Source of the DNA: an uncultured Sphaerobacteraceae bacterium
GTDB lineage: Bacteria; Chloroflexota; Chloroflexia; Thermomicrobiales; UBA6265
Reading direction: 5' to 3'
DNA length: 64,000 bases
NCBI GenBank assembly: GCA_964610045.1
Contig: CAZSUN010000008.1
Span: 5,236-69,235, forward strand
Shown here: positions 56,622 to 64,000 of the stretch, piece after piece
Position numbering within the stretch: the stretch's first letter is position 1
How the letters are laid out: each line of letters opens with the position of its first letter
Position numbers and translations under genes: made by a program
Notes under the pieces: generated by a model
The model's input: only the letters and a program-made list of their open reading frames with translations
Told to the model about the DNA's origin: nothing
Databases searched by the model: none

Positions 56622-56700
56622 TCTGTAGGGGTTGCCCCGTGGCGACCCTGATTTGGCGGAAACCCCAGGGCCGCCACGGGGGCGACCCCTACAAACGAAC
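56622..56700. repeat. Family A inverted doublet (REPIN-like) filling the carB-pyrK spacer
   Basis: tctGTAGgggttgccccgtggcgaccctg / 15-nt spacer / cagggccgccacgggggcgaccccTACaaacgaac. The arms match at about 27 of 30 positions. Confidence 0.8.
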
Positions 56701-59700
56701 CTAGTACCCCACGTTGGCCTGGCGATAGGTCTGGATCGGGGCGACGGTGTAGATCGAACTGGCCTTCTCCATCGCGTCGACGACAACCCGGGCGGTGTCG
56801 ACCGACGTGATGCAGGGAATGCCGCGCTCGACCGCCGCACGCCTGATTTCCAGCCCGTCCAGGATCTCCTTGTCGGCTGGTCCCGGCGTGTTGATCACCC
56901 CGTGCACCGTACCGTCGAGGATCACATCCAGCATATCAGGCGACCCGCGCCCGATTCGCTTGGTCACCATTTTCACGGGCATCCCGTTGCGCTCGATCAT
57001 CGAGGCCGTGCCCTCGGTGGCATAGAGGTGGAACCCCATGCGGACGAGCTTCTGGATGAATTCCAGCGCGTCCGTCTTGTCTTCGTCGGCCACGGTCACC
57101 AGGATGTTGCCTCGTTCCGGCAGGGAGAGCCCGGCCGCAATCAGCGCCTTGAAGAACGCCGATTCGAACGTCCGGTCGATCCCCATCACCTCACCGGTCG
57201 ACTTCATCTCGGGTCCGAGGTGAACCTCCACACCACGCAGCTTGGCCATCGAGAAGACGGGAGCCTTGACCGCCATCAGGGGCTGGCGTGGATGCAGGCC
57301 GCCGTTGAACCCCTGCTCCTTGAGTGTCTGGCCGAGCATGATCCCGGTCGCCAGCTTCACCATCGGCACGCCGGTGGCCTTGCTGAGGAACGGGACCGTG
57401 CGCGATGAGCGAGGGTTGACCTCGAGCACGAAGATGCGCCCGGCGTGGATGACGTATTGGATGTTGATCAGGCCGCGGGCGCCGATGTTGAGCGCGATCC
57501 GGGTCGTGTAATCGACGATGGTCTCCACGTCGGACGGGAAGAGATTGATACCAGGGTAGACCGCGAACGAGTCGCCGGAGTGGACCCCGGCCCGTTCGAT
57601 GTGCTCCATGATGCCGGGAATCAGGACCTGATCGCCGTCGCAGATGGCGTCGACCTCGACTTCCTTGCCGATCAGGTACTTGTCGACGAGGACCGGGTGC
57701 TCGGGTGTCAGCGACGCCTGGTTGCGGATGTAGCGGGCGAGCTGGTCGGCACCGTAGACGACCTCCATCGCCCGTCCACCCAGAACGTACGACGGACGCA
57801 CGAGTACCGGGTAGCCGATGCGGGAGGCGACCGCTTCGGCATCGTGCAGGGAGGTGACAGCCGCCCCGGCCGGTTGCGGAATTTCGAGACCGCGCAGGAA
57901 TGCCTCGAACCGGTGCCGATCCTCTGCCAGGTCGATCGATTCAAGCGACGAGCCAAGGATCGGTACGCCGAAGTCGCTGAGGGGTTTGGCGAGATTGATC
58001 GCGGTCTGCCCACCGAACTGGACGATGGCGGGCGGCAGTGCCGCGGTAACGCCGCCTGCCTCGTGCAGCATGATTTCCTGCACGCTCTCGGCGTCGAGCG
58101 GCTCGAAATAGAGCCGGTCACTGGCGTCGAAGTCGGTGGAGACGGTCTCCGGATTGGAGTTCACCATGATCGACGAGACGCCGTTCTCGCGAAGCGCGCG
58201 CGAAGCCTGGACCGAGCAATAGTCGAACTCGATGCCCTGCCCAATCCGGATCGGGCCGGAGCCGACGACGACCGCCCGCTCACCCGCGAGCGGTGTGGCC
58301 TCGTCCTCTTCCTCGTAGGTCGAGTAGAAGTACGGTGTCTGGGCGGCAAACTCGCCGGCGCAGGTGTCGACCATTTTGTACACCGGGGCCATGCCGTGTT
58401 CGCGACGCAGCGCGGTAATGCTGGCGACTGGTTGGCCGCTACAACCGGCGATCTGGCGGTCTGAGAAACCGGCCCGCTTGGCCACCCACAGCAACTCCGG
58501 GGTCAGGTCCTCCGCAGACATGCGGCGCTCAAGGGCGACGAGTCCTTCCAGCTTCCAGAGGAACCATTCGTCGATGGCGGAGAGTTCGTGGAGCTTCTCG
58601 ACCGTCACATTGCGGCGGAGCGCCGCCATCAACGCCCACATCCGGATATCGGTCGGACGCCTGACGAACTCCAGGATGGTATCGAGGTCATCGCCCCAGG
58701 CGGGATCTTCCCAGGACATGTCCTTCGCGGTCGTCTCCAGCGAGCGGACCGCCTTCTGGATCGCCCCTTCGAAGGAGCGGTCGATCGCCATGACTTCGCC
58801 GGTAGCCTTCATCTGGGTGGTGATGGTGCGATCGGCACGCGGGAACTTGTCGAACGGCCAGCGTGGGATCTTCGCGACAACATAGTCGAGGGCGGGTTCG
58901 AAGGCAGCGGTGGTCTGCCCGGTGACGACGTTGATCAGCTCGTCGAGCCGCTTGCCGATTGCGATCTTGGCCGAGAGCCGCGCGATCGGGTAGCCAGTGG
59001 CTTTCGAGGCCAGGGCGGACGATCGCGAGACGCGCGGATTGACCTCGATCACCCCGTAGTCCATTGAGTCGGGATCGAGCGCGTACTGGACGTTGCACCC
59101 ACCCTCGATTCCCAGCGAACGGATGATGTTGATCGCCGAAGCGCGCAGCATCTGGTATTCGCGGTCCGACAGTGTCTGCGACGGGGCGACGACGATGCTG
59201 TCGCCCGTGTGAACGCCCATCGGATCCATGTTTTCCATGTTGCAGATGGTGATGCAGGTGTCGGCGCTGTCGCGCATGACCTCGTACTCGATCTCCTTCC
59301 AGCCAAGGAGGGAGCGTTCGAGCAGGATCTGGTGGATCGGACTGGCATTGAGACCGGAGGTGACGATACGGTCGAGCTCTTCCGGCGTGTGGGCAACGCC
59401 GCCACCGGTGCCGCCCAGGGTGTAGGCGGGCCGGATCACCAGCGGCAGCGGCGTGGTTTTCGCGAACTCGCGGGCCTCGTCGACCGAGTGGACGATGACG
59501 CTCGGAATCGCTGGTTCGCCGATGCGCTGAAGCAGGTTCTTGAAGAGGGCGCGGTCCTCGGCCTCCTGGATCGCCTTCAGGGGAGTGCCAAGCAGGCGTA
59601 CACCGTACTCGTCGAGGATGCCGAGCTCGGCGACCTTGACAGCCAGATTGAGGCCGGTCTGCCCGCCAAGCGTTGGCAGCAGGCCTTCCGGCTTTTCCCG

Positions 59701-59997
59701 CTGGATCACCCGGCGAATGACATCGGGCGTCAACGGCTCGATGTAGACGGCATCGGCGACGTCCTCGTCAGTCATGATCGTGGCGGGGTTGGAGTTGACG
59801 AGGATGGTGCGGACGCCGTCCTCGCGCAGGGCGCGGCACGCTTGCGATCCGGCATAGTCGAATTCGGCGGCCTGGCCAATCACGATCGGGCCAGAGCCGA
59901 TCACCAGCACGCTCTCGGGGGTCTTCTTCGATCCTCGTGTCACCGCTGTTACCACCAATTCCCTCATCCCTGTGTCATGTTCGTAGAGCCGTACCAT
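56701..59997 (-). CDS. carB: Carbamoyl-phosphate synthase large subunit
   Basis: LVIGSGPIVIGQAAEFDYAGSQ, duplicated ATP-grasp halves, C-terminal MGS-like domain. The start could be 59967 instead. Confidence 0.95.
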   Translation of the reverse strand: MVRLYEHDTGMRELVVTAVTRGSKKTPESVLVIGSGPIVIGQAAEFDYAGSQACRALREDGVRTILVNSNPATIMTDEDVADAVYIEPLTPDVIRRVIQREKPEGLLPTLGGQTGLNLAVKVAELGILDEYGVRLLGTPLKAIQEAEDRALFKNLLQRIGEPAIPSVIVHSVDEAREFAKTTPLPLVIRPAYTLGGTGGGVAHTPEELDRIVTSGLNASPIHQILLERSLLGWKEIEYEVMRDSADTCITICNMENMDPMGVHTGDSIVVAPSQTLSDREYQMLRASAINIIRSLGIEGGCNVQYALDPDSMDYGVIEVNPRVSRSSALASKATGYPIARLSAKIAIGKRLDELINVVTGQTTAAFEPALDYVVAKIPRWPFDKFPRADRTITTQMKATGEVMAIDRSFEGAIQKAVRSLETTAKDMSWEDPAWGDDLDTILEFVRRPTDIRMWALMAALRRNVTVEKLHELSAIDEWFLWKLEGLVALERRMSAEDLTPELLWVAKRAGFSDRQIAGCSGQPVASITALRREHGMAPVYKMVDTCAGEFAAQTPYFYSTYEEEDEATPLAGERAVVVGSGPIRIGQGIEFDYCSVQASRALRENGVSSIMVNSNPETVSTDFDASDRLYFEPLDAESVQEIMLHEAGGVTAALPPAIVQFGGQTAINLAKPLSDFGVPILGSSLESIDLAEDRHRFEAFLRGLEIPQPAGAAVTSLHDAEAVASRIGYPVLVRPSYVLGGRAMEVVYGADQLARYIRNQASLTPEHPVLVDKYLIGKEVEVDAICDGDQVLIPGIMEHIERAGVHSGDSFAVYPGINLFPSDVETIVDYTTRIALNIGARGLINIQYVIHAGRIFVLEVNPRSSRTVPFLSKATGVPMVKLATGIMLGQTLKEQGFNGGLHPRQPLMAVKAPVFSMAKLRGVEVHLGPEMKSTGEVMGIDRTFESAFFKALIAAGLSLPERGNILVTVADEDKTDALEFIQKLVRMGFHLYATEGTASMIERNGMPVKMVTKRIGRGSPDMLDVILDGTVHGVINTPGPADKEILDGLEIRRAAVERGIPCITSVDTARVVVDAMEKASSIYTVAPIQTYRQANVGY

Positions 59998-60003
59998 GGC
60001 TTG

Positions 60004-60077
60004 TTGTCATTCCGAGCTTGCGAGGAATCTGTACATGACTGTCGGGTCAAGATTCCTCGCTGCGCTCGGAATGACAG
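60004..60077. repeat. Family B composite palindrome filling the carA-carB spacer
   Basis: Units at 60006..60030 (gtcattccgagcttgcgaggaatct) and 60050..60075 (agattcctcgctgcgctcggaatgac), with a 19-nt spacer. Confidence 0.8.
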
Positions 60078-60084
60078 TCCGGTT

Positions 60085-61239
60085 TCATGCCGAAGCGGCC
60101 TCCCGGTCGCGGATCAGGTTGAGGAATTCGTCGAACATGGTGTTGGAGTCGACCGGGCCGGGAGATGCTTCCGGGTGGAACTGGACCGAGAGGACGGGCA
60201 GCCGGTCGTGTGCCAGTCCTTCCACCGAGCCATCGTTGAGATTTCGGAGGGCAACCTGCCAGCCGGTATCAGTCGGGACCGAGCCGTCGACCACCCGGAA
60301 ACTGTGGTTCTGGGCAGTGATCGTGACGCGGCCGGACCGCTCGTCCATCACCGGCTGGTTTCCGCCGCGATGACCGAACTTGAGCTTGTCGGTCTCGGCG
60401 CCGATCGCCCGTGCCAGCAATTGATGTCCGAGACAGATCCCGAAGTAGGGCCGCTCGTCTTCCAGCAGCGAGCGGACCACGTCGAGCCCGTCATCGAGAT
60501 TGGCGGGATCGCCGGGGCCAGGCGAGACGATGACGCCGTCCGGGTCGATCTCGGCGATCCTGCTGTATGGCGTACCGTACGGCACCACCGTCACCCGGAC
60601 TCCCCGCCGGGTCAGCGAGCGGATGATGTTCCGCTTCACACCGCAATCGAGGACGACCACCTGGATGTCGGCTTCGGGATCGCCGAATTGCTGCTCGGTG
60701 GCTTCCAGGACCTCGCCCACGACATCCTGCTCTCCCGGGAGCGGCGCAACCCTGGCCCGGGCGACGAGCACCTCATCGGTGAGTCCCTGCGCGTGATGGA
60801 CGAGCACGGCCCGCGTATCGCCCACCGCGCGAATGTGCCGGGTCAGGGCGCGAGTGTCGATCCCGGCGATGCCCGGAATCCCGGAGTCCTTGAGATAGGC
60901 GTCGATCGTGCCGGTCGAGCGCCAGTTCGAGGGAGCATCGCTCCACTCGCGGACAACCAGTCCGGCGATCCATGGCTGCCGCGACTCGTTGTCGTCGTCA
61001 TTGACCCCATAGTTGCCGATCAGGGGGTAGGTCATGCAGACGATCTGGCCGCGGAACGACGGATCGGTACAGACCTCCTGATACCCGGTCATGGTTGTGG
61101 TGAAGACGACCTCGCCGCTGCTGTCGGTGTCGGCGCCGAACCCGTGCCCGCGAAAGACCCGGCCGTCGGCAAGGGCGAGGGCGGCATCGCTGGGTGGGCT
61201 GTAGCGCTTCGGTTCAGGCACGATATCGTTCCTCTCCAT
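60085..61239 (-). CDS. carA: Carbamoyl-phosphate synthase small (glutaminase) subunit
   Basis: GICLGHQLL (catalytic Cys), QFHPEASPGP. Confidence 0.95.
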   Translation of the reverse strand: MERNDIVPEPKRYSPPSDAALALADGRVFRGHGFGADTDSSGEVVFTTTMTGYQEVCTDPSFRGQIVCMTYPLIGNYGVNDDDNESRQPWIAGLVVREWSDAPSNWRSTGTIDAYLKDSGIPGIAGIDTRALTRHIRAVGDTRAVLVHHAQGLTDEVLVARARVAPLPGEQDVVGEVLEATEQQFGDPEADIQVVVLDCGVKRNIIRSLTRRGVRVTVVPYGTPYSRIAEIDPDGVIVSPGPGDPANLDDGLDVVRSLLEDERPYFGICLGHQLLARAIGAETDKLKFGHRGGNQPVMDERSGRVTITAQNHSFRVVDGSVPTDTGWQVALRNLNDGSVEGLAHDRLPVLSVQFHPEASPGPVDSNTMFDEFLNLIRDREAASA

Positions 61240-62545
61240 CGACGAGGGTAAGGACGGCCCGCCCGGTGAGGGTCATGCCGAGCAAGGGGGTGTTGGCGCT
61301 TTTCGTCTTCAAGGCTTCCGGGGTCACCGTCCACGAACGGGCCGGGTCAAACACGGTGACATCGGCGACTGCGCCGGGCGTCAATGTGCCCTGGTCGACA
61401 CGAAGGATGCGGGCAGGCTCGACCGTCCAGCGGCGAACCAACTCCGGCTCACTGATGTGCCCCGCTTCGACAAGCGCCCAGGTGAGCGGGAAGGCGAATT
61501 CGAGGCCACTCATGCCCATCGCGGCATCCTCGAACGCCGAGCCGCCCTTCTCGGGAAAGGCATGTGGGGCGTGGTCGGTGCCGAAACAGTCGAAATCCTC
61601 GGCCTGGAGCGCCGCGAGCAGGGCTTCGGTGTCCGCAACCGTGCGCAAGGGAGGATTGACCTTCGTGTTGGGATCGCCCGGTTCACCCCGCAGGCCGGGA
61701 TTGATCCCGGTGTTGTGGAGGGTCCGGTCACCTGCAACCCACTCGTCAGTCATGGTCAGGTGGTGCGGCATCACCTCGGCGGTGACGTGGACGCCGCGTC
61801 GCCAGGCGTCAGCGATCAGTTCGATGCCGCGCCCGGTCGAGACGTGGCAGACGTGAAGCCAGCCGCCGGTGAGTTCCGCCAGCATCAGGTCACGGCTGAT
61901 GATGATTTCCTCGGCCGCCGCCGGAATTCCGGAAATACCGAGTCGCCGGGAGACGTCGCCCTCGTTCATCGCACCGTGGGCGAGGGCCTTGTCTTCGCAG
62001 TGCACGATCACCGGTCGGTCGAGCCGATTCGAGGCGTCGAGCGCCTGACGCATGATCTGGCTGTTGGCGGTCGTGTCGCCATCGTCGGACCAGCCGATGG
62101 CACCAGCCGCAATCACCCCCTCGAAGTCGACCGCCTCGTCACCCGTGCGACCTTTCGTGATCGTCGAGATAGGGTAGACGCGAACGAGACCACGCTCCTT
62201 CGCCCGGGCTACCAGATCGGCGATGATTTCGGGGTTGTCGAGGGCGGGTTTGGTATTGGGCATGCAGGCAATTGCCGTGAACCCACCAGCCGCGGCGGCG
62301 GCGGTCCCCGTTTCCAGGGTTTCCTTCTCCGCAAAGCCCGGATCGCGAAGGTGAACGTGAACGTCGATCCAGCCGGGTGTGACGAGCAATCCCGTCGCGT
62401 CGAAGACGTCGACATCGTCTGCCGGTTCGATCTCCGGTTCGACCTGTTCGATCCTGCCATCCAGGATCAGGACATCGAATCGTCCGTCACGCTCGTTGGC
62501 AGGATCGATGACGCGTCCGCCACGAATCAGGAGTGTATTCGCCAT
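61214..62545 (-). CDS. pyrC: Dihydroorotase
   Basis: DVHVHLRDPG, DHAPH, and an overall amidohydrolase pattern. The start was moved to ATG at 62545 (MANTLLIRGG). Confidence 0.9.
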   Translation of the reverse strand: MANTLLIRGGRVIDPANERDGRFDVLILDGRIEQVEPEIEPADDVDVFDATGLLVTPGWIDVHVHLRDPGFAEKETLETGTAAAAAGGFTAIACMPNTKPALDNPEIIADLVARAKERGLVRVYPISTITKGRTGDEAVDFEGVIAAGAIGWSDDGDTTANSQIMRQALDASNRLDRPVIVHCEDKALAHGAMNEGDVSRRLGISGIPAAAEEIIISRDLMLAELTGGWLHVCHVSTGRGIELIADAWRRGVHVTAEVMPHHLTMTDEWVAGDRTLHNTGINPGLRGEPGDPNTKVNPPLRTVADTEALLAALQAEDFDCFGTDHAPHAFPEKGGSAFEDAAMGMSGLEFAFPLTWALVEAGHISEPELVRRWTVEPARILRVDQGTLTPGAVADVTVFDPARSWTVTPEALKTKSANTPLLGMTLTGRAVLTLVDGEERYRA

Positions 62546-62580
62546 CACGCATCCTCCTGGCCACAACACGCGGCGGGCGC

Positions 62581-62616
62581 AAAAAGAAACCTCGACATCC
62601 GGAACGGGATGCGAGG
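62581..62616 (-). terminator. Canonical hairpin plus U-tract inside the pyrC 5' leader (attenuator candidate)
   Basis: The minus-strand RNA reads CCUCGCAUCC cguucc GGAUGUCGAGG UUUCUUUUU and ends 36 nt before the pyrC ATG. There is no co-directional upstream gene for it to terminate. Confidence 0.6.
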
Positions 62617-62736
62617 CGGGGTTGCCATGTCGGGTGGCATCTGGGTGGTATCGGGCACTTGGTGAAACCGCTTCCTGCTAATGCGCAAACTAGCGAACAA
62701 TATACCACCTCCAGCGCGAGGAAAAGGGCTCTTTCG

Positions 62737-63420
62737 ATGATTCATGACGACGAATCCCGCCAGGACCGCTTCGATGAGGTAACCCGGCAACTGGAAATGG
62801 CCTACGGACCACGTCCACTCGTTCCCAACCTGGACCTGCCTGGAACCCTGGTCGGCACCATCCTGTCGCAGAGCACCACCGATCGGAATTCGAGCGCCGC
62901 GTTCAGCGCGCTGCGGACTGCCTATCCATCGTGGACAGAGGTGGTCGAAGCGCCAACCAGCGACGTGATGGACGCGATCAGGATGGGAGGACTCTCGCGA
63001 CAAAAGGCGCCGCGCATCCAGCAGGCGCTGCGATCGATGCTCGATCTCGAAGCCAGGGGCATCCATCTCAACGATCTCTCCGTGGACGAGGCGATGGCGA
63101 TGCTCACCGGGCTGGACGGCGTCGGGCCGAAGACTGCGGCCTGCGTTCTGCTCTTCGCGCTCGGCATGCCCGTATTTCCGGTCGACACGCACATAGCCCG
63201 CGTGATGACCCGGATCGGCATCGTCCCGGATCGCACCAGCACGGTCACCAAGCAGCGCATCCTGGTCGACCTGACTGGCCCGGATCCCCCGACGATCTAC
63301 GCTGCCCACGTCGAAACCATCGAGCACGGGAGGCAGGTCTGCCAGGCGCGGCGTCCACGCTGCGAGGTGTGCTTCCTGCAGAACGTCTGCGAGTACTTCA
63401 ATCAGGTCGAGAGGGAATGA
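62737..63420 (+). CDS. nth: Endonuclease III-like HhH-GPD base-excision glycosylase with a 4Fe-4S cluster
   Basis: HhH LTGLDGVGPKTAACVLLF, catalytic-region VDTHIARV, cluster CQARRPRCEVCFLQNVC. The start was moved to ATG at 62737. Confidence 0.85.
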   Translation: MIHDDESRQDRFDEVTRQLEMAYGPRPLVPNLDLPGTLVGTILSQSTTDRNSSAAFSALRTAYPSWTEVVEAPTSDVMDAIRMGGLSRQKAPRIQQALRSMLDLEARGIHLNDLSVDEAMAMLTGLDGVGPKTAACVLLFALGMPVFPVDTHIARVMTRIGIVPDRTSTVTKQRILVDLTGPDPPTIYAAHVETIEHGRQVCQARRPRCEVCFLQNVCEYFNQVERE

Positions 63421-63623
63421 TTGCAGGTCGGCGCCCTCCTCACGACACCTCCCATTCCGGGTGCATGAGCGAACACAGTCGGCCAAAACGTGCTGTCATG
63501 TCGAGTAGAGCCCGACCCGAGGCACGGTTCCACCTTTCGCTGGAAGGGGGTCTGTGGGATGGCCAGCCGAGGGATGGGCGGAGTCGAGACATCCCTGTGC
63601 GGAGCACGTTCACCGTGAGCAAA

Positions 63624-63665
63624 GGGCCGCCACACGCTCGCTGGGCGGCCCTTACAAACGACCGA
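63624..63665 (-). repeat. Family A unit: GGGCCGCC acacgctcgctg GGCGGCCC TTACAAACGACCGA
   Basis: The loop and tail are identical to the copy at 52690..52731. The stem differs by a compensatory pair. Confidence 0.75.
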
Positions 63666-63798
63666 AACGCCGCGTCGTCCGGCAGACGTCCACCACCCGT
63701 TGCCCGCCCCTGATTACGTCCCGGTACGTGGAATCGTCGCTCGAGCGGCACGGCCACGCGAATGAGGCAAACTCTCAGGGAGAGAGCCTGTCCACACG

Positions 63799-64000
63799 AT
63801 GATCGTGCCGAGAGAAACGCACCGAATTCTGGTAGGATCAGGACATGTCGGCACCGCCACGACCTGGGAGAAGACCTTGACGTTTTCGGCACCACCGCGC
63901 ACCTTCGATCGATTGCAGCACGCGCAGGATCGACCCTCAAACCTCTACCTTGTCCGCCATGGCCAGACACCTGGCAATGTGAACCACCAGTTGATCGGCC
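63799..64000 (+). CDS. Histidine phosphatase (PGAM-like) family protein, 5' part only (runs off the window)
   Basis: The frame is open from 63766 to the window end and encodes NLYLVRHGQTPGNVNHQLIG (RHG catalytic motif). The start could be ATG at 63799 or TTG at 63877; the latter has GGGAG 6 nt upstream. Confidence 0.45.
   Translation, partial: MIVPRETHRILVGSGHVGTATTWEKTLTFSAPPRTFDRLQHAQDRPSNLYLVRHGQTPGNVNHQLIG

Noticed and set aside
62546-62736. Search for a PyrR-binding anti-antiterminator loop (UCCAGAGAGG-type) in the pyrC leader
   Set aside because: No acceptable match on the minus strand. The leader is therefore reported only as an unexplained attenuator candidate, not as a PyrR site.

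Overview
GC-rich bacterial chromosomal window (about two-thirds G+C by eye, not computed). It is densely coding, mostly on the minus strand, and looks like core genome rather than an island. I can support about 45 protein genes and one tRNA-Gln. I see no rRNA, no CRISPR array and no intact mobile element. Lineage cannot be fixed from sequence alone; a Chloroflexota/Thermomicrobia-like organism is only a guess.

Gene content from left to right:
- A peptidoglycan-remodelling neighbourhood: a secreted amidase with about 8 SH3b domains, two tandem VanW-domain genes, and a divergent OmpR-type two-component system.
- A transporter, an aminotransferase and an aldehyde dehydrogenase.
- A tightly overlapped acyl-CoA dehydrogenase / thiolase / crotonase / EtfBA / FixC-like operon.
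- birA, a CorC-like gene, tRNA-Gln and glmU.
- An NrtR-like regulator coupled to nadK.
- An ATPase, tmk and darA-like block, then recR, ftsK, a CDF transporter and a family-4 UDG.
- A sugar ABC locus with a large secreted LmbE/CBM9 fusion protein.
- A Cho-like nuclease divergent from ligA.
- A pyrimidine operon, pyrC-carA-carB-pyrK-pyrD-(cax)-pyrE.
- nth and a truncated histidine-phosphatase gene at the right edge.

Points most worth a second look:
1. A 568-bp tract is 100% identical between the two otherwise diverged VanW genes, which is a gene-conversion signature.
2. Two families of short palindromic repeats occur in the window. One has the GTAG-plus-hairpin architecture of REP/REPIN elements and shows compensatory stem changes. 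Both families sit inside operon spacers.
3. The pyrC leader carries a canonical hairpin plus U-tract and no recognisable PyrR box.
4. A Ca2+/H+ antiporter gene is translationally coupled to pyrD in the slot where pyrF normally sits.
5. GCGACATCGC occurs three times in the promoter region of the two-component system.

I found no obvious complete novel multi-gene system such as a defence or biosynthetic cluster. Many very long antisense ORFs in the track are GC-driven shadows and were rejected.
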